Shown here: in pieces, positions 1 through 13,822 of the stretch
Layout: every line of letters begins with the position of its first letter
Numbering within the stretch: position 1 is the stretch's first letter
NCBI RefSeq assembly: GCF_009914755.1
Contig: NC_060935.1
Reading direction: 5' to 3' (one strand)
Origin: the human T2T-CHM13v2.0 reference genome, Homo sapiens
Length of the DNA stretch: 64,000 bases
The notes under the pieces: generated by a model
What the model saw: the letters and a program-made list of their open reading frames with translations, nothing else
The model's database searches: none
What the model was told of the DNA's origin: nothing
Translations under genes and position numbers: made by a program

Positions 1-59
1 TCATGGCTTTAGAGTAAAATTGTCCTCTAATGCTTATTGCTTGGCATTTTGAATGATCC

Positions 60-330
60 TTAATATTCTGGAAACTTAGGTTTCTCATTTGTAAAATGTA
101 GATTCTATTTATTTTCTAAGGTGAATAGGTGAATTAAATGAACTATAATAAGTAAGCTGACCAGCAACGTACCTGGCACGACATAATTACTCATGAAATG
201 TTAGTTTATTTAGTTTATGACAGATGAGGATGTTAAAGTTCAAAACTGCAAGACTTGCTCAGGGTCACACAGCATTTAGTAGAAACGCTAATAACACTAT
301 AACCTAAGCCTTTTGAGTCATTCCAGTGCC
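60..330. mobile_element. Two MIR fragments in opposite orientations
   Basis: tttctcatttgtaaaatg...cctggcac core, and acagatgagg...cttgctcagggtcacacagc. Confidence 0.6.
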
Positions 331-3300
331 CCTTTCATAATATTATACTGCTCTCCTTTAGCAAAACCACACGAGTTAAAATCTAATCTTCGTGATTCAG
401 AAAACAAAATCTTTCAGTGTCTCCGGGTCATCTCTTTGGTTGATTTTATTAGCTTTAATATTTTTTGTTATTTTGGTGGTTTCTTTCATTATAAAAATCA
501 GTCATCACCTTGCTATAACAGAATACCAGGACAGAAGATAAAGTTGACTTTGTATTTATCCTGAAAGTTACTTCTAAGGAAATAAAGGCAACCTAACAGC
601 CTTTATCAGTTATTTGTTTCTCATCAACCTACAGAGAAAAATTCTACTCCCACCTTCATTCTAGTGAAAAAAAATTAGAGGACAGCTGCATCAATAGAAC
701 ATAATCTTTTCTTTCAAACAGATCAAAAGATCCTACTGCATTTATGTTTTTAAAAAATCATTAGAGTAGGAATACTGGAATTTCTGGCTTGTTTTCTAAA
801 GTAGGAAAAAAAGGAATCCACATTAAATAGAACAAAGATCATATATAGAAAAAATAACTCTTCAAATTATTCTGGCAGCTAAGTTTTCATCATTTTCAAC
901 TATAAGAAAGCACATTATCTAAATGTGAGTCTGGTAATTTAATGGACAAGGTACAAGCACAACAACGAGTAAGACAAATACAAGCTAAATGTTCAGTTTG
1001 AGTAAGGGCCAAGCAGACTGAGTAATTAAAAAAGCGTTTTCACCAGACATCCCTGTAGCTGAAAGACTAGACACTGCTAAAACATTGGCTTCATCTCTAA
1101 ACCACTTAGATTTTAAACGAATTCAAAAGGTGTCATAATACACTTTCATATTTTCTTTTAATTCCCATATAGACTGAACCCTGAATCAGACCTTCAAAAT
1201 CAGATGTCATGGAAGACAAATTATGTCCTACTATATTTAATTCAATACTTTCAGATTAAGAAATCACTTTAAAGGCAAAAATAGTTAATATGTACAAAAG
1301 AAAATGAGGATGAGCAAGTTCAGAGGGGAAAGCTCTGTTTCAGGCTGCATTGAAGAGTTTGAAATTCATGAACTAAGGATAGGTAAGGACATGAAGACTG
1401 GATTAGCCCTAATATCTATTTCCAGCCAAGATAGAATAACAAGGGCTGAGTTCATACTCTTGTCTGAAACAACCCAAGAAACCAAACGGAATATAGGAAA
1501 CAACAGTCTGCAAGACACGGCACATCAGGCAATGAAAGAGAGCAATCATTGAAAAATGGAAAGCGAATGAGATATGCCCAACAATTGTCCCAAATTACTA
1601 TCTTGAGAGCATTTGCAAAGTAAACACAGAAAGGGGAAACACAAGCAGAACCCAGTGGACTCTGAGTGAAAGACATGGAGCTGAGACATTGGGATAAGAG
1701 ATGGCTAGAGTTCTAAGGGAAAAGTACCAGAGAGGAGAGTGTAACACAGAGAGAAAACCTCAGAAATTTGCAGAGTCCTCCTTGAGTACTGAGCTGGATA
1801 CCAGTCACACATGTGAGGACACTATGAAAAGAAGCTGGGGAAAAAAAACAGCTCAAAGGATTAGAGGAAATAGTGCCCAGCACTCATACAGGGTCAGGAA
1901 TAGGTCCTGTTCCCACTGGTTCAGACTGGAAAGCCTAATAATTTATAGGGCACTGGGAAGAGAATTAGAAGGTTCTAAAATGGGAAATAATTACAACTAG
2001 ACTGAGCACTGTTCCAGTTCCCCTAATAAATTTTAACATCAAGACCAAAAGGACCACACTGTTTCCCTATAGCTAAATCCTAAAGCAAAGCTCAAGAATA
2101 TTTATAAGAAATATCAAACACACAAATGAGGTAAAATTTACAATGTATGGCATCCAATCAAAAATTATCAGGCATGCAAAGAAGTGAGAACACATAACCC
2201 ATGAGGAAAAAAAACATCAAGTGAAATAAAACGTGAACTGACACATACGTTAGAATGAGAAATAAAAACATTAAAAAGTCACTATAACCACAGCCCTCCA
2301 AAAAGCAATGTAGAGACATACCAGATTAAAAAAATGCAAATCAAGCTTCCAGAGATAAAAATGTTTACATGTGAGATGAAAAGTATACTAAATGGCCCTT
2401 TAAAATGACTATAGTTAACAATAACTTATTATATATTACCAAATGGTTAGAAGAGAGAACTTTGAATGTTCCTGACATTTTTAAAAAATGATAAATGTTT
2501 GAGGTGATATACTAATCACCCTGAGTTGCTCACTACACACTGTATACATGTATTGAAATATCACTCAGTACCTCTAAATATGTATAATTATTACATGTTA
2601 CATGTCAATTAAAAATAACTTTAAAAAAGAAAAGCACACCGAATGGAATTAATGGGAGATTACACATTATAGAAGAAATGATTAACAAATTTGAAGACAA
2701 CGCAATAGGAAATATTCAAAATAAAAAAGAGAAAACAGAAAAATAAACAGCATGAGTAAGCTGCAGGTTCATTTCAAGTGGCCTAATATAGGTGTAAATG
2801 GAGTCCATGAAGGAAGTGGGAAGGAAAAAAGGGAAGTAATATCTGAACTTTCTCCAAATTTGGCAAAAATTACAAACCCACAGATTCAATATGCACAACA
2901 AACTCTACAAACACTTTAAAGAAAAAAAATGAAAACAAACCCTGTCAACCTAGGTTTTTCACAGCCAGTAAAAACATCTTTCAAAAATAAGAAGGATCTG
3001 CATTGATTTGTCGAAAAAAAATAAGAAAGTACAGACATTTTCAGGCAAAAAAAGACACATGAATTCATCATGAGAAGACCTGCATTGCAAGAAAAGTTAA
3101 AAGGGAGTCCTTCAGGCAGAAAAAAAAGCTAATGCCAGATAAAATATGAATCTACACAAAAAAATGAAGACTACTAGAAAAAGTAACTGCATGGAAGAAT
3201 ATAATTTTTTTCTAATTGTTTAAATCTCTATAAAAGATTAAACAATAATGATAATAATATAATATGGGGTTTATAACATATACATATAACTAGAGTAGCA

Positions 3301-3720
3301 CAAAGTCTGGGAGAAAGAAATGCAAGTATACTTTTGTAAGGTTTTTACACCACACAAGAAACAGTATAACATCACTTGAAGGTATACTGTGATAAGTTAA
3401 AGATGTATACTGTTAATACTAAAGCAACCACTAATATAAGAAAACAAAAGAAATACAGTTAATATACCAAAAAAGGAGATAAAATAAAATCATAAAAAAG
3501 GATTTGGCTAATCCAAGAAGGCAAAGGAAAAAAGGGGTTGGGAGGAAGAAGGAAAAGGAACAAATGGGACAAACGGAAAATAAATAACAGGACAAGACTT
3601 AACCTTAACCATGTCAATAATCACATTAAATACAGATAGCCTTAGCCATTTAGATGTAAACTGTCTAAACCATAAAAGGTGAAGATTATCAGATTGGATA
3701 TAAAAGCTAGATCCCCAGCC

Positions 3721-3972
3721 TGGCAGATCACTTGAGCCCAGGAGTTCGAGACCAGCCTTTGGCAACGTGGCAAAGCCTCATCTCTACAAAAAATACAAAA
3801 ATTAGCTGGGTGTGGTGGCACATGCCTGTGGTCCCAGCTACTCAGGAGGCTGAGGTGGGAGGATCACTTGAGCCTCGGAGGTCAAGGCTGCAGTGAGCGG
3901 AGATCGCACCACTGCACTACAGCCTGGGCAACAGAGGGAGACCCTGTCTTAAAATAATAATAATAATAATAA
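3721..3972 (+). mobile_element. 5'-truncated AluJ
   Basis: Alu body with (TAA)n tail. Confidence 0.9.
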
Positions 3973-5755
3973 GCCAGGTCCAACTATATGCTATATGGTA
4001 CAAAGAGATTCAATATAAAAGAATGAGGAAAGATACACTATGCTAGCACTAGTTCAAAGAAAGCAAGAGTGGCTATATTAATATCAGACAAAGCAGAGTT
4101 CAGAACAAAGAATATCACCAATGTATTTCATAAAGATAAGGGGGTTAATTTATTAAGTGCACATAACAATCCAAATGTTTCTCTGCCTCATGAGAGAGCT
4201 TCAAAATACAGGAAGCAAAAACTGATAAAACTATGAGAACTAGACAATTCCACAATTATCATCAGAGATTTCATCACCTCTCTCACAATATTTAACAGAA
4301 AAACTACACAGAAAATCAGTAGGGATTGATGAGATTTGAATAACATTATCAACTGACTTGATCTCATTGACATTTACAAAACACCCAAAAAGGGCAGAAA
4401 ACTCATGCTTTTCATGTGCACACAGAAGAACATTTCTCAAGATAGATCATATTTTGGGCAATAAAACAAGTATCAATAAACTTAAAAGAATTTAATCATA
4501 CAAAGTATGTTCTCTGATTACAATGGAATTAAAGTAAAATTCAATAACAGAGATACCTAGAAAATTCCCAAATACTTGGAAATTAAATAATATCTTTACC
4601 TAAACAACTTACAGAGCAATAAATAAATCAAAAAGGAAATTAGAAAAGTTTGAACTAAAAGAAAGTGGAAAAAACCCCAAGATACCATAATTTGTGGCAT
4701 GGTATGACATTGTAACAGTACTTAGGGGCAAATTATGGCATTAAATTCCTACATTAGAAAAGAAGAAAGGTCTAAGAAAAATGACATCAGTCAATAAAAT
4801 TGTTAAACCTCTACCCAGACTGCTTGGGACAAAAATCGAGAAGATACAAACTACCAATGTCAGAAATAAGAGAGGCTACAGATACTAAAATAATAATAAA
4901 AGAATATTATAAACAACTTTAAGCCAATAAATTCAACAACTCAGAATGGACAAATTTAAACCTACAAAAAAGCTCACTTAAGAAAAGGTTGAATAGCTCT
5001 GTTTACTGAAGAAATTTAATTTGTAGTTTAAAACATTCCTTCCAAGAAAACTCTAGGCTCATATGGCTTCACTGACAAATTCTACCAAGCATTTAAGATA
5101 GAAATAATATCACCCCTACACAGCTCTTCCAGAAAATTGATGAGAAGATAGTATTTCCCAACTCATTCTATGAGGCCAACATTGCCCAGACACCAATATC
5201 TAGAAAATTCCCAAACACTTGGAAATGAAATAATACCTTTACCTAAACAACTCACAGAGCAATAAAGAAATCAAAAAGGAAATTAGAAAATTTTGAACTA
5301 AAAGAAAGTGGAAAAAAATATTACAAGAAAATAAAACCACAAATCTTAGAACACAAATATCAATATTCTAAACAAAATTTTAACACATCAAATCCAGCAA
5401 TACATAAAAAAAGAATAGTAATCAAAGACCAAATGCTCTCCATCTAAAATCAGAAATAAGAATCAGAAATAAGAATGTCTACTGTCACTTTTCTTCAACA
5501 ATGTACTGAGGATTATAGCCAGTGCAATATGGCAAGAAAAGACATTCAGATTGATTAAGATGTAAAACTGTCTTTATTTGCAGAAAACATGATCATCTAT
5601 TGTAGGCTCTAGTAAGAAAAAAAGGTTACTAGAACCAATGAGTTCAGCAAGGTTGCAGAATACAAAATCAGTATTTTAAAATGAACTTTATTTCTATATA
5701 CCAACAATACGCAACCTAAAATTGAAATTTTAAAAACACTACTTACAAATAACAC

Positions 5756-5873
5756 CAAAACCTGAAATACTTAGGGATAAATATGACAAAAGATGTGAAA
5801 AACTCACACATTGGCAAAACCTGAAATACTTAGGGATAAATATGACAAAAGATGTGAAAAACTCACACATTGG
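5756..5873. repeat. Perfect 59-bp tandem duplication inside the old L1
   Basis: 5756-5814 is identical to 5815-5873. Confidence 0.95.
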
Positions 5874-6347
5874 AAATTATAAAACATTACTGAAATTAAG
5901 AAGACCTAAACAAATGGAGAAACCTACCGTCTTTACAAGTCAATTTTCTCCCTAAGTTCATCTACTAGATACAACATAATCCCAATGGAAAACCAAGTAG
6001 GCTTGCTTGTCAAGAGTGACAAGCTGATTCCAAAATTCATATGAATACGCAAATGACCTAGAATAGCCTAAATAATTTTTTTAAAAGAACAGTTGGAAGA
6101 CTAACATGATCTGATTTCAAGACATATTAAAAAACTGTAGTAATGAGTAAAGTGTGCTACTGGCATAATGACAGGCACATAGATCAATGAATCAGAATGA
6201 AGACTCCAGAAAAGAACTCACATACATATATATGGACAACTCATTTTCAACAAGGGCTCAAACACAATTCAGGGAAGAAAGAGTTTTTCATCAAATGGTG
6301 CTGGAACAAATGAATATACAATAGGTATTTCACTTTCAGCAATTCTA

Positions 6348-6862
<515 letters not shown>

Positions 6863-7704
6863 GAGACTAAAAACACAAGCTTCAGACTGGGAGAAAATAT
6901 TTGCAAATCATGTATCTGATAGAGGACTGATATGTAAACTATATAAAGAACTCTCAAAATAATGGGTAAAAAATTTGAGATATGCAGATGAAAAATAAGT
7001 ACATGAAATGATAGCGTCACTTGTCATTAAAGAAATGCAAATTAAAATGACACTGTTACATCATTACACATTAGAGTGGCTAAATAAAAAGACTGACTAT
7101 ATCAAGCATTGATGAGTACATGTATGAAATGGAACTCTCATACACTTGTGGTAGGAATGGAAAATGGTACAACCATTTTAGAAACTGTTTCGGAGAAGAG
7201 ATTGTTTCTTAAGAAATTAAACATACTCTAGCCATATGATTCAGCCATTCCATTATGTATTTACCCAAAAGAAATGAAGACATTATCCATAAAAAAAATT
7301 TGTAAACAAACATTCTTAGCAGCTTTATTTGTAACAGCTCAAAACTGGAAAAAACCTAAATGTTTATGAACAAGTGAGAGGATAAACAATTTGCGATATA
7401 TCCATACAATGGAATACTACTCAACATAAAAAAGAATGATTTACTGACACAAGTTACGACATGAATCAATCTCAAAATAATTACACTGAATAAAAGAAGC
7501 CAGATCTCTCTCCACCACAAAAAATAAATTATATAAAATTCTAGGAAACATAGAGTACTGTATAGAGCGACAGAAAACATATTGGTGGTTTCACAAGAAA
7601 GGGGTATAGGAGTTCAAAGGGAAGGGTTACAAAGGGCACCAAAGAAGCTTTTGAGTGTGATGTATATGCTCATTATCCTAATTATGGTAAGGTTTTATGG
7701 AGAT

Positions 7705-7706
<2 letters not shown>

Positions 7707-7745
<39 letters not shown>

Positions 7746-7758
7746 TATATATATATAG
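7707..7758. repeat. (CA)n/(TA)n microsatellite
   Basis: Directly seen. Confidence 0.95.
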
Positions 7759-8403
7759 CAAATTGTACACCAGAATTGACCTCTTGGCCAAAACACAGCT
7801 GCCTGAGAATACCAAAATAGAAAACAACTACTTAGCCATTTTAATTACACTTAAGTAATAAAAGTCATGCCTTTCTTCTTCTAATAGTCCTTTCTTTTCA
7901 CACTTTTCTTAGCAGAGTGCACTAAATTCCTTCTCTTACCAATCTACATAGATTTTTGCATCCTCTTGTTGTAATATGGTCCATGGTCTCAAGAAACCAA
8001 AAGCACTTCTACAATCAGATTAAAAACATCTACCATCACCAACTGATCACCACTTGAAAACTTCACAAACCAACATATACTACCCAGTAAACTTACCACA
8101 AAAGCCCAAATTAGAACCCTTAATCATGATCCTCTGAGATCACAATTTTCTTCAACTAAGGAATATCAATCACTTCCAAGCACCTCTAGTTACATAAACA
8201 AATCCACCTTAAACACAAAAGAAAATATTTCCATTTTTAAATTTTGCAGCTTTATGACTTAATAATGCTTCTGTTTTCTTTAATACCAACTTTTCACTTT
8301 GTTTCAAAATCATGCTTTGAAGCATAAGGTGAATCAACAGGCAGTAAAGTTTCTAAAAACTTTTAAATCTTATTAAAATGGTCACTCTCAGAAGCAAATA
8401 TCT

Positions 8404-8439
8404 ATTGCTTCTTGGCCTTTTGGCTAAGATCAAGTGTAG
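8404..8439 (+). pseudogene. 3'-truncated U2 snRNA retro-pseudogene (about the first 36 nt)
   Basis: ATTGCTTCTTGGCCTTTTGGCTAAGATCAAGTGTAG matches the U2 5' end with two CpG transitions. TSD AGAAGCAAATATCT at 8390-8403 and 8438-8451. Confidence 0.95.
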
Positions 8440-8719
8440 AAGCAAATATCTATTCACATCAAACTTTAGAATGCAAATCTGGTATGAACTTCTGCATATG
8501 ATTTTGTCACCTAATTTGTTTAAAAATTCTAATTACAGCAACAGTTTTCAATGGCAGGCAGGTTCCTAAGAACTGAAGAAAAACATCAGGGCCTTGTTTT
8601 GTTCAATGAAACTAGAGACTCCTACAAGGGGAAAAAGTTTATAATACTAATTAATACGTACAGAGTTTTTAAAATCCAACAGTACTGCAAAGTTTATAAC
8701 AAAATCCAAGCCATTTTTT

Positions 8720-9690
8720 GAATGGGTAAACTGTAGTACAGCCATACCATAGAATATTATTCAGCAATTAAAAAAAAAACTATTGATATCTGCAACAAAT
8801 GTGAATGGATCCAAAAGCATTTCGCTGAATGAAAAAACCCAAACCCAAAAGTTTATATGCTATATGATTCCACTTATATAATGTTCTCAAAATGACAAAC
8901 TTACAGGGATACAGAACCAAATTAGGGGTTGCCAGAGGTCAGAGTTGGAGAGAGGGTGTAACTATAAAGGGGTAGCATAAGAGAATTTCTTTGTGGTGAT
9001 AGAAGAGTTCTATATCCTGATTGTGGTGGGAGTTACATGAATCTATACATACAATAAAATATCACAGAACCATGTAATAAAAAAAAGATAAAGTGCATGT
9101 AAAAACTGATAAAATACAAGAAAGGTCAATAATTTAGTTATTAGTATTGTACTCACGTCAGTTTCCTGGTTCTCATAATGTACTAAAGTTATGTAAGATG
9201 TTATCATTGAAGGAGGCTGAGTAGAGTACCTGGGAACTCACTGTACGATTTTTTGTGACATCTTGTAAATCTAAAATTATTTCATAATGAAAATAATTCA
9301 TATTTTCATTGAATTATATAACAAAAGGAGCAATAAAGTGGAGACAAAAAAACACACAAAACTGTAATAAATTCAGTAACATAAAAAATGTATCCATAAA
9401 ATAAGGACAGGAATGCTGCAATTTTAAAAAAATTAAAGAATAAGAAAAAGTTCTGAGAAATGCAAAATAATAGCAGAAATTTTTACAAAGTTACTAGAAG
9501 GGTTGAAAGAAAATACTGAATATATCCTTAAAAGAACAAAAATGCAAAGAAATGGAAAATAAGACAGCATTAAAAAAGAGAACTAATGAAGGAGGTCAAC
9601 ATTCAATTAATATCTGTTCTAGAGAGAACAGAGAAAATAGAGGGGAGCACATTTTCAAGGAAATAATATAAGAAAAATTTCCAGAAGTAG
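8720..9690 (+). mobile_element. L1M 3'UTR fragment followed by an L1M ORF1-like fragment
   Basis: Typical L1ME/MC 3' motifs (atgattccacttatat, gttgccagagg, cctgattgtggtgg). Confidence 0.7.
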
Positions 9691-9740
9691 CTGATATAAG
9701 TAGCACTCATATCAGAAAACTGTTGACAAATACACAAAAC

Positions 9741-10090
9741 TGTAATATAAAAAACTATATATAGCTCTGTAAAAAACTATATGTCTCCATAAAAGGCTAT
9801 ATATATGTTTTTGTCCATGTTTCCTGGCTCGTAACTCCTACTGCCCTTGTTATAATGTTGGGGGCACTTTAGGCCTCAGAAAACAGAATCTCTCTCTCTG
9901 ACCTTCACCTGCCCTCTTTTCATGGCTCCTTTTTCTCTCCAAGGCAGGCCTTAGAAACTAAAAATACATTCTACTCTTCCCCTGCCTTCCTGTAATGGAG
10001 CTGACCATAAAGAAATCCCCTGACCTACTTTGCTTATAGGCCATAGGCCCCTCATTTCAGAAGGTGTCCTGTCCCATACCCTGGAGTTTG
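9741..10090. mobile_element. MER21-like LTR fragment
   Basis: ggcctcagaaaacagaatctctctctctgacc and ctgaccataaagaaat motifs (recalled consensus). Confidence 0.55.
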
Positions 10091-10333
10091 AGTGTGTTTT
10101 TTTTCCACTGACAATACTCCTATCCATTTGAATTAGTCAGACCTCAATAAAGAAGCAATATTTTAAATCCTATTTTTATTCTGGGAGAAAAAATTAGCTG
10201 ATTTTTTTACTATTCTAACAAATACCAGATCCTCTGTTTCGGTTTTTTAAACTAAAGCTTTTAAATGACTTTATATTAATATATTTTTGAAGCAACTGAT
10301 TTGCTTTTTATAAGCATCGTTAATGTGTTAAGT

Positions 10334-10553
10334 CAGGATTTGGCAAACTATGGCTCATGGGCCAAATTCTACCCATTGCCTGATTTTGTAAATAAAGTAT
10401 TATTGGAACACAGCCATGTCTATTCATGATTACTGTTCATGGCTGTTTTCATGCTACAATGACAAAGTTGAGTGGTTAGGACAGAGACTGTGGCCCACAT
10501 AGCCAAAAATATTCACTATCCAGCCCTATACAGAAAAAGTTTGCTGACCCCTG
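10334..10553. mobile_element. MER58A (hAT-Charlie MITE)
   Basis: Terminal inverted repeats cagg..ttggcaaact / agtttgctgacccctg; internal gtaaataaagt..attggaacacagcc. Confidence 0.88.
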
Positions 10554-10999
10554 TATTAAATGTCAACAACTATAATATAAAAAATGCTATCAAACTTCTA
10601 AATAGATTTAATAACAATTTATCTCTCATTTCCTTTTTTTGGTCAATTAGCCTTCTATAAACTTTCTGCTCTTCTGCTTAATATATGGTCAGTTTCCCAA
10701 GGAATAAATGCTTAATTATGGAAAAGGGAAGTTCTCAACTGAAGAATTAGTTAAATTCTCAAAGATCACCTGTAAGTCTGTTGTCGGATATATTTTTCCC
10801 ATAAAAATATTTTAAATGATACTTAAATCCCAGATTACCCCCACAAAGACAACTTCAGCAATAAATATGTATAGCCTAAAAATAGTTTTAATACTATTTC
10901 TAAATCCTGACATCTTTCTCTTCTTCCTAAAATCCCATTGCAGCAGCAGCAGCAGCGCCTAAGAGTATCTTTTCAAATTTCAACTGAAGTCACATGAAG

Positions 11000-12070
11000 A
11001 CCCAGATACTAACATATGGTGATAAATGTTATAAGGAAAAATAAAGGTAATAAAAAAAGAGTGCCACCGCTTTGAATGGTCAAAGTAGAACTCTCTGAGG
11101 GGGAAGTGTCTAAACAAAGACCTAAAAACGTAAGAAATAGAACTATGAAATATAGAAGGGAATAGTAAATGCAAAGGCCCTGTGGTAAGAGTTATCCTTG
11201 GCTTTTTCAAGACATTCAAGAAGCCCAGGGTTGCTGGAGCACAGAAAATAAGAACAACCATGTTAAAAAGGTAGAGCTTAGTTAGGCAAGACTAGAACAA
11301 GATTATGACAGGCATTGAAGGAATGTTTAAAGGGTTTTGGCTTTTGTTTGAGTGAAATGGGTAGCACTGAAGTGTGAATTAAATGACGTAATTTACATTT
11401 TAACAGGATCACTCTAGCTGCAAAGCAAACAATGGGAGAATGGGAGAAAGGAGACAAAGGTAAAACCAGGAGACCATTTCAGATGTTACTGTAAATAATC
11501 AGGCGAAAGCTGAAAGTGACTTGGACCAGTGTTATGGCAGAGTTACGTGGTAGAGTGGACTAGACTATATATTTTGAAGAATATGCCTCTGAAATTTACT
11601 GATGGATGAAATGTAGGAGGTGAGAGAAAAAGAAGAGTTAAGGATGACTCCATGATTTTGTCCTGAGCAACTGGAAGAATGGAAGTTCCATTTACTGAAT
11701 GCAAGTGAAAGTGAAAGGACTAGGTTTAGAAATGTAGGTATATCTTAGACATGTTAAAAGTGAGATGCTTATTACACATCTGTGTATATGTAAGTCTGTG
11801 TATACTTATGGATACATAAGTCTAAAGTTCAGGGGAAAAGTCTAGGCTAGAAATACAAATTTCGGAGTTGGCAGTCACTACATACTTAGTATTCTCAGCA
11901 ACTTCCTAGCATGAAAAATTTTTTAAAAATAGCTAGCCACTATTAAAAATTGTTCAAAGCTAAATTAATGGTTGCACAGGTTTATTGTGTATCTACTGAA
12001 TAGTCATTCATTCAACAAATATTTACTAAATAACTACACTGTGCCAGTTACTGTTCTTGGTACTGTTAAT
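11000..12070 (-). mobile_element. L2 fragments
   Basis: gcaaaggccctgtgg, ctgagcaactggaagaatgg and cattcattcaacaaatattt motifs. Confidence 0.8.
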
Positions 12071-12197
12071 GATTGAGAACAATATTATAATGCATACACA
12101 ACCAATATTTTTCAAGCAATGCTTTTAAAAAATATAATTTTTTTAAACTTTTGGAGTATAAAAGATATGAAGTACAAATACAAGACTCAGTTTTTAA

Positions 12198-12530
<333 letters not shown>

Positions 12531-12999
12531 ACAAAACAGATTTCTAAAGACAAATCACAGCCATCCCACAATCACTCCTTCCAAATGACCTTTGAAAACA
12601 CAACCTTTTTCTATTAAATTCTCCCCACTATGCCTTTTATTCAATCCTAAGTATCAAAAATAAAAATCTATACTGTAATTAGACTGATGAAATTAAAGAC
12701 TAAAATGATTTCTATCAGAGGCCCTTTGATGTTATTGTAATTCAGTATGTCTAACTATCCTAAGAAATATCCACAGAAACACAGAACCTAAGTTTAGGAA
12801 AAACTGTTTAGAAAATCTAGTCCAAACATGTATCTAATTCCTGAATCTTCATCTACAAAGTGTCCTCGAATTGGCTGACCTACTGCTAATGACAGGGAAG
12901 GGGAACTTTTCCCTTTAAAAGTTTCATTCTAGCCTTGGAAAGTTCTGACTCTTAGGCTGTTTTTCCTTCACATTAAGGCTTAAACCTTTTTACCTAACC

Positions 13000-13190
13000 C
13001 AAGTTCAGGGTTTTGGGCCAGGTAATTCTTTGTTGTAAAAAGGCTGTTGTTTGCATTGTAGAATGTTTAGCAGCATCCCTAGCCTCCATCCACCAGTATG
13101 CTAGTACTTCCTCCAGCTCCCCAACCAAAATGTCCCTAGACATTGCCAACACCCACTAGAAGACATAATCATCTGGGCTGAAAACCACTG
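13000..13190. mobile_element. MER20 (hAT-Charlie)
   Basis: ataattctttgttgt-like...atgtttagcagcatccct...gacattgccaa...aaccactg. Confidence 0.8.
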
Positions 13191-13219
13191 CCTTAGTTCT
13201 ACCTGCTGGGACCAAATAA

Positions 13220-13410
13220 CAACAACAACAATGCGAACACTTGGGCATTTAGAACAATACTGAGCACCTTAATCCTCAAAACCACCCCAATTTTACAGCT
13301 GAGAAAATGGAAACTTAGCGGCTAAGCAAGGTGCCTGAAATCATATAGTTAATTAAGTGCTGGATCTGAACCAAGGGGTTCAATTTCAGAGCTCATGCTC
13401 CTAACTTCAA
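13220..13410 (-). mobile_element. MIR
   Basis: ttttacagctgagaaaatgg core. Confidence 0.6.
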
Positions 13411-13530
13411 ACAAGTCTGACTCAAACCATGTCTAATTACTTTTCAAAGGAAAAGTCTTAAAATATCTGAAGATAGCTCTTATTATGACATTCCTTAATA
13501 TCCAACCAGAGCTGTCACAAGATTTCTCTG

Positions 13531-13822
13531 TTTTTTTTTGAGAAAGAGTCTCACTCTGTCATCCAGACTGGAGTGCAGTGGCGTGATCTCTGCTCACTGC
13601 AACCTCTGCCTCCTGGGTTCAAGCAATTCTCGTGCCTCAGCCTCTCAACATAGCTGGGATTACAGGCGTGCACCAACATGCCCAGCTAATTTTTGTAATT
13701 TTAGTAGAGACAGGGTTTCACCATGTTGTCCAGGCTGGTCTCAAACTCCTGGCCTCAAGCAACCCGCACGCCTCAGCTTCCCCAAGTGCTGGGATTACAG
13801 GCGTGAGACATCACGCCCAGCC
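13531..13822 (-). mobile_element. Alu (J/S)
   Basis: Alu consensus; TSD caagatttctct on both sides. Confidence 0.93.

Noticed and set aside
340-380. tcctttagcaa resembling BTBD10 exon 3 (IAKG)
   Set aside because: The match is only about 11 nt and does not extend in frame; exon 3 appears to lie outside the window.
10940-10957. Short (CAG)n run
   Set aside because: Only about five units, intronic, with no exon context.
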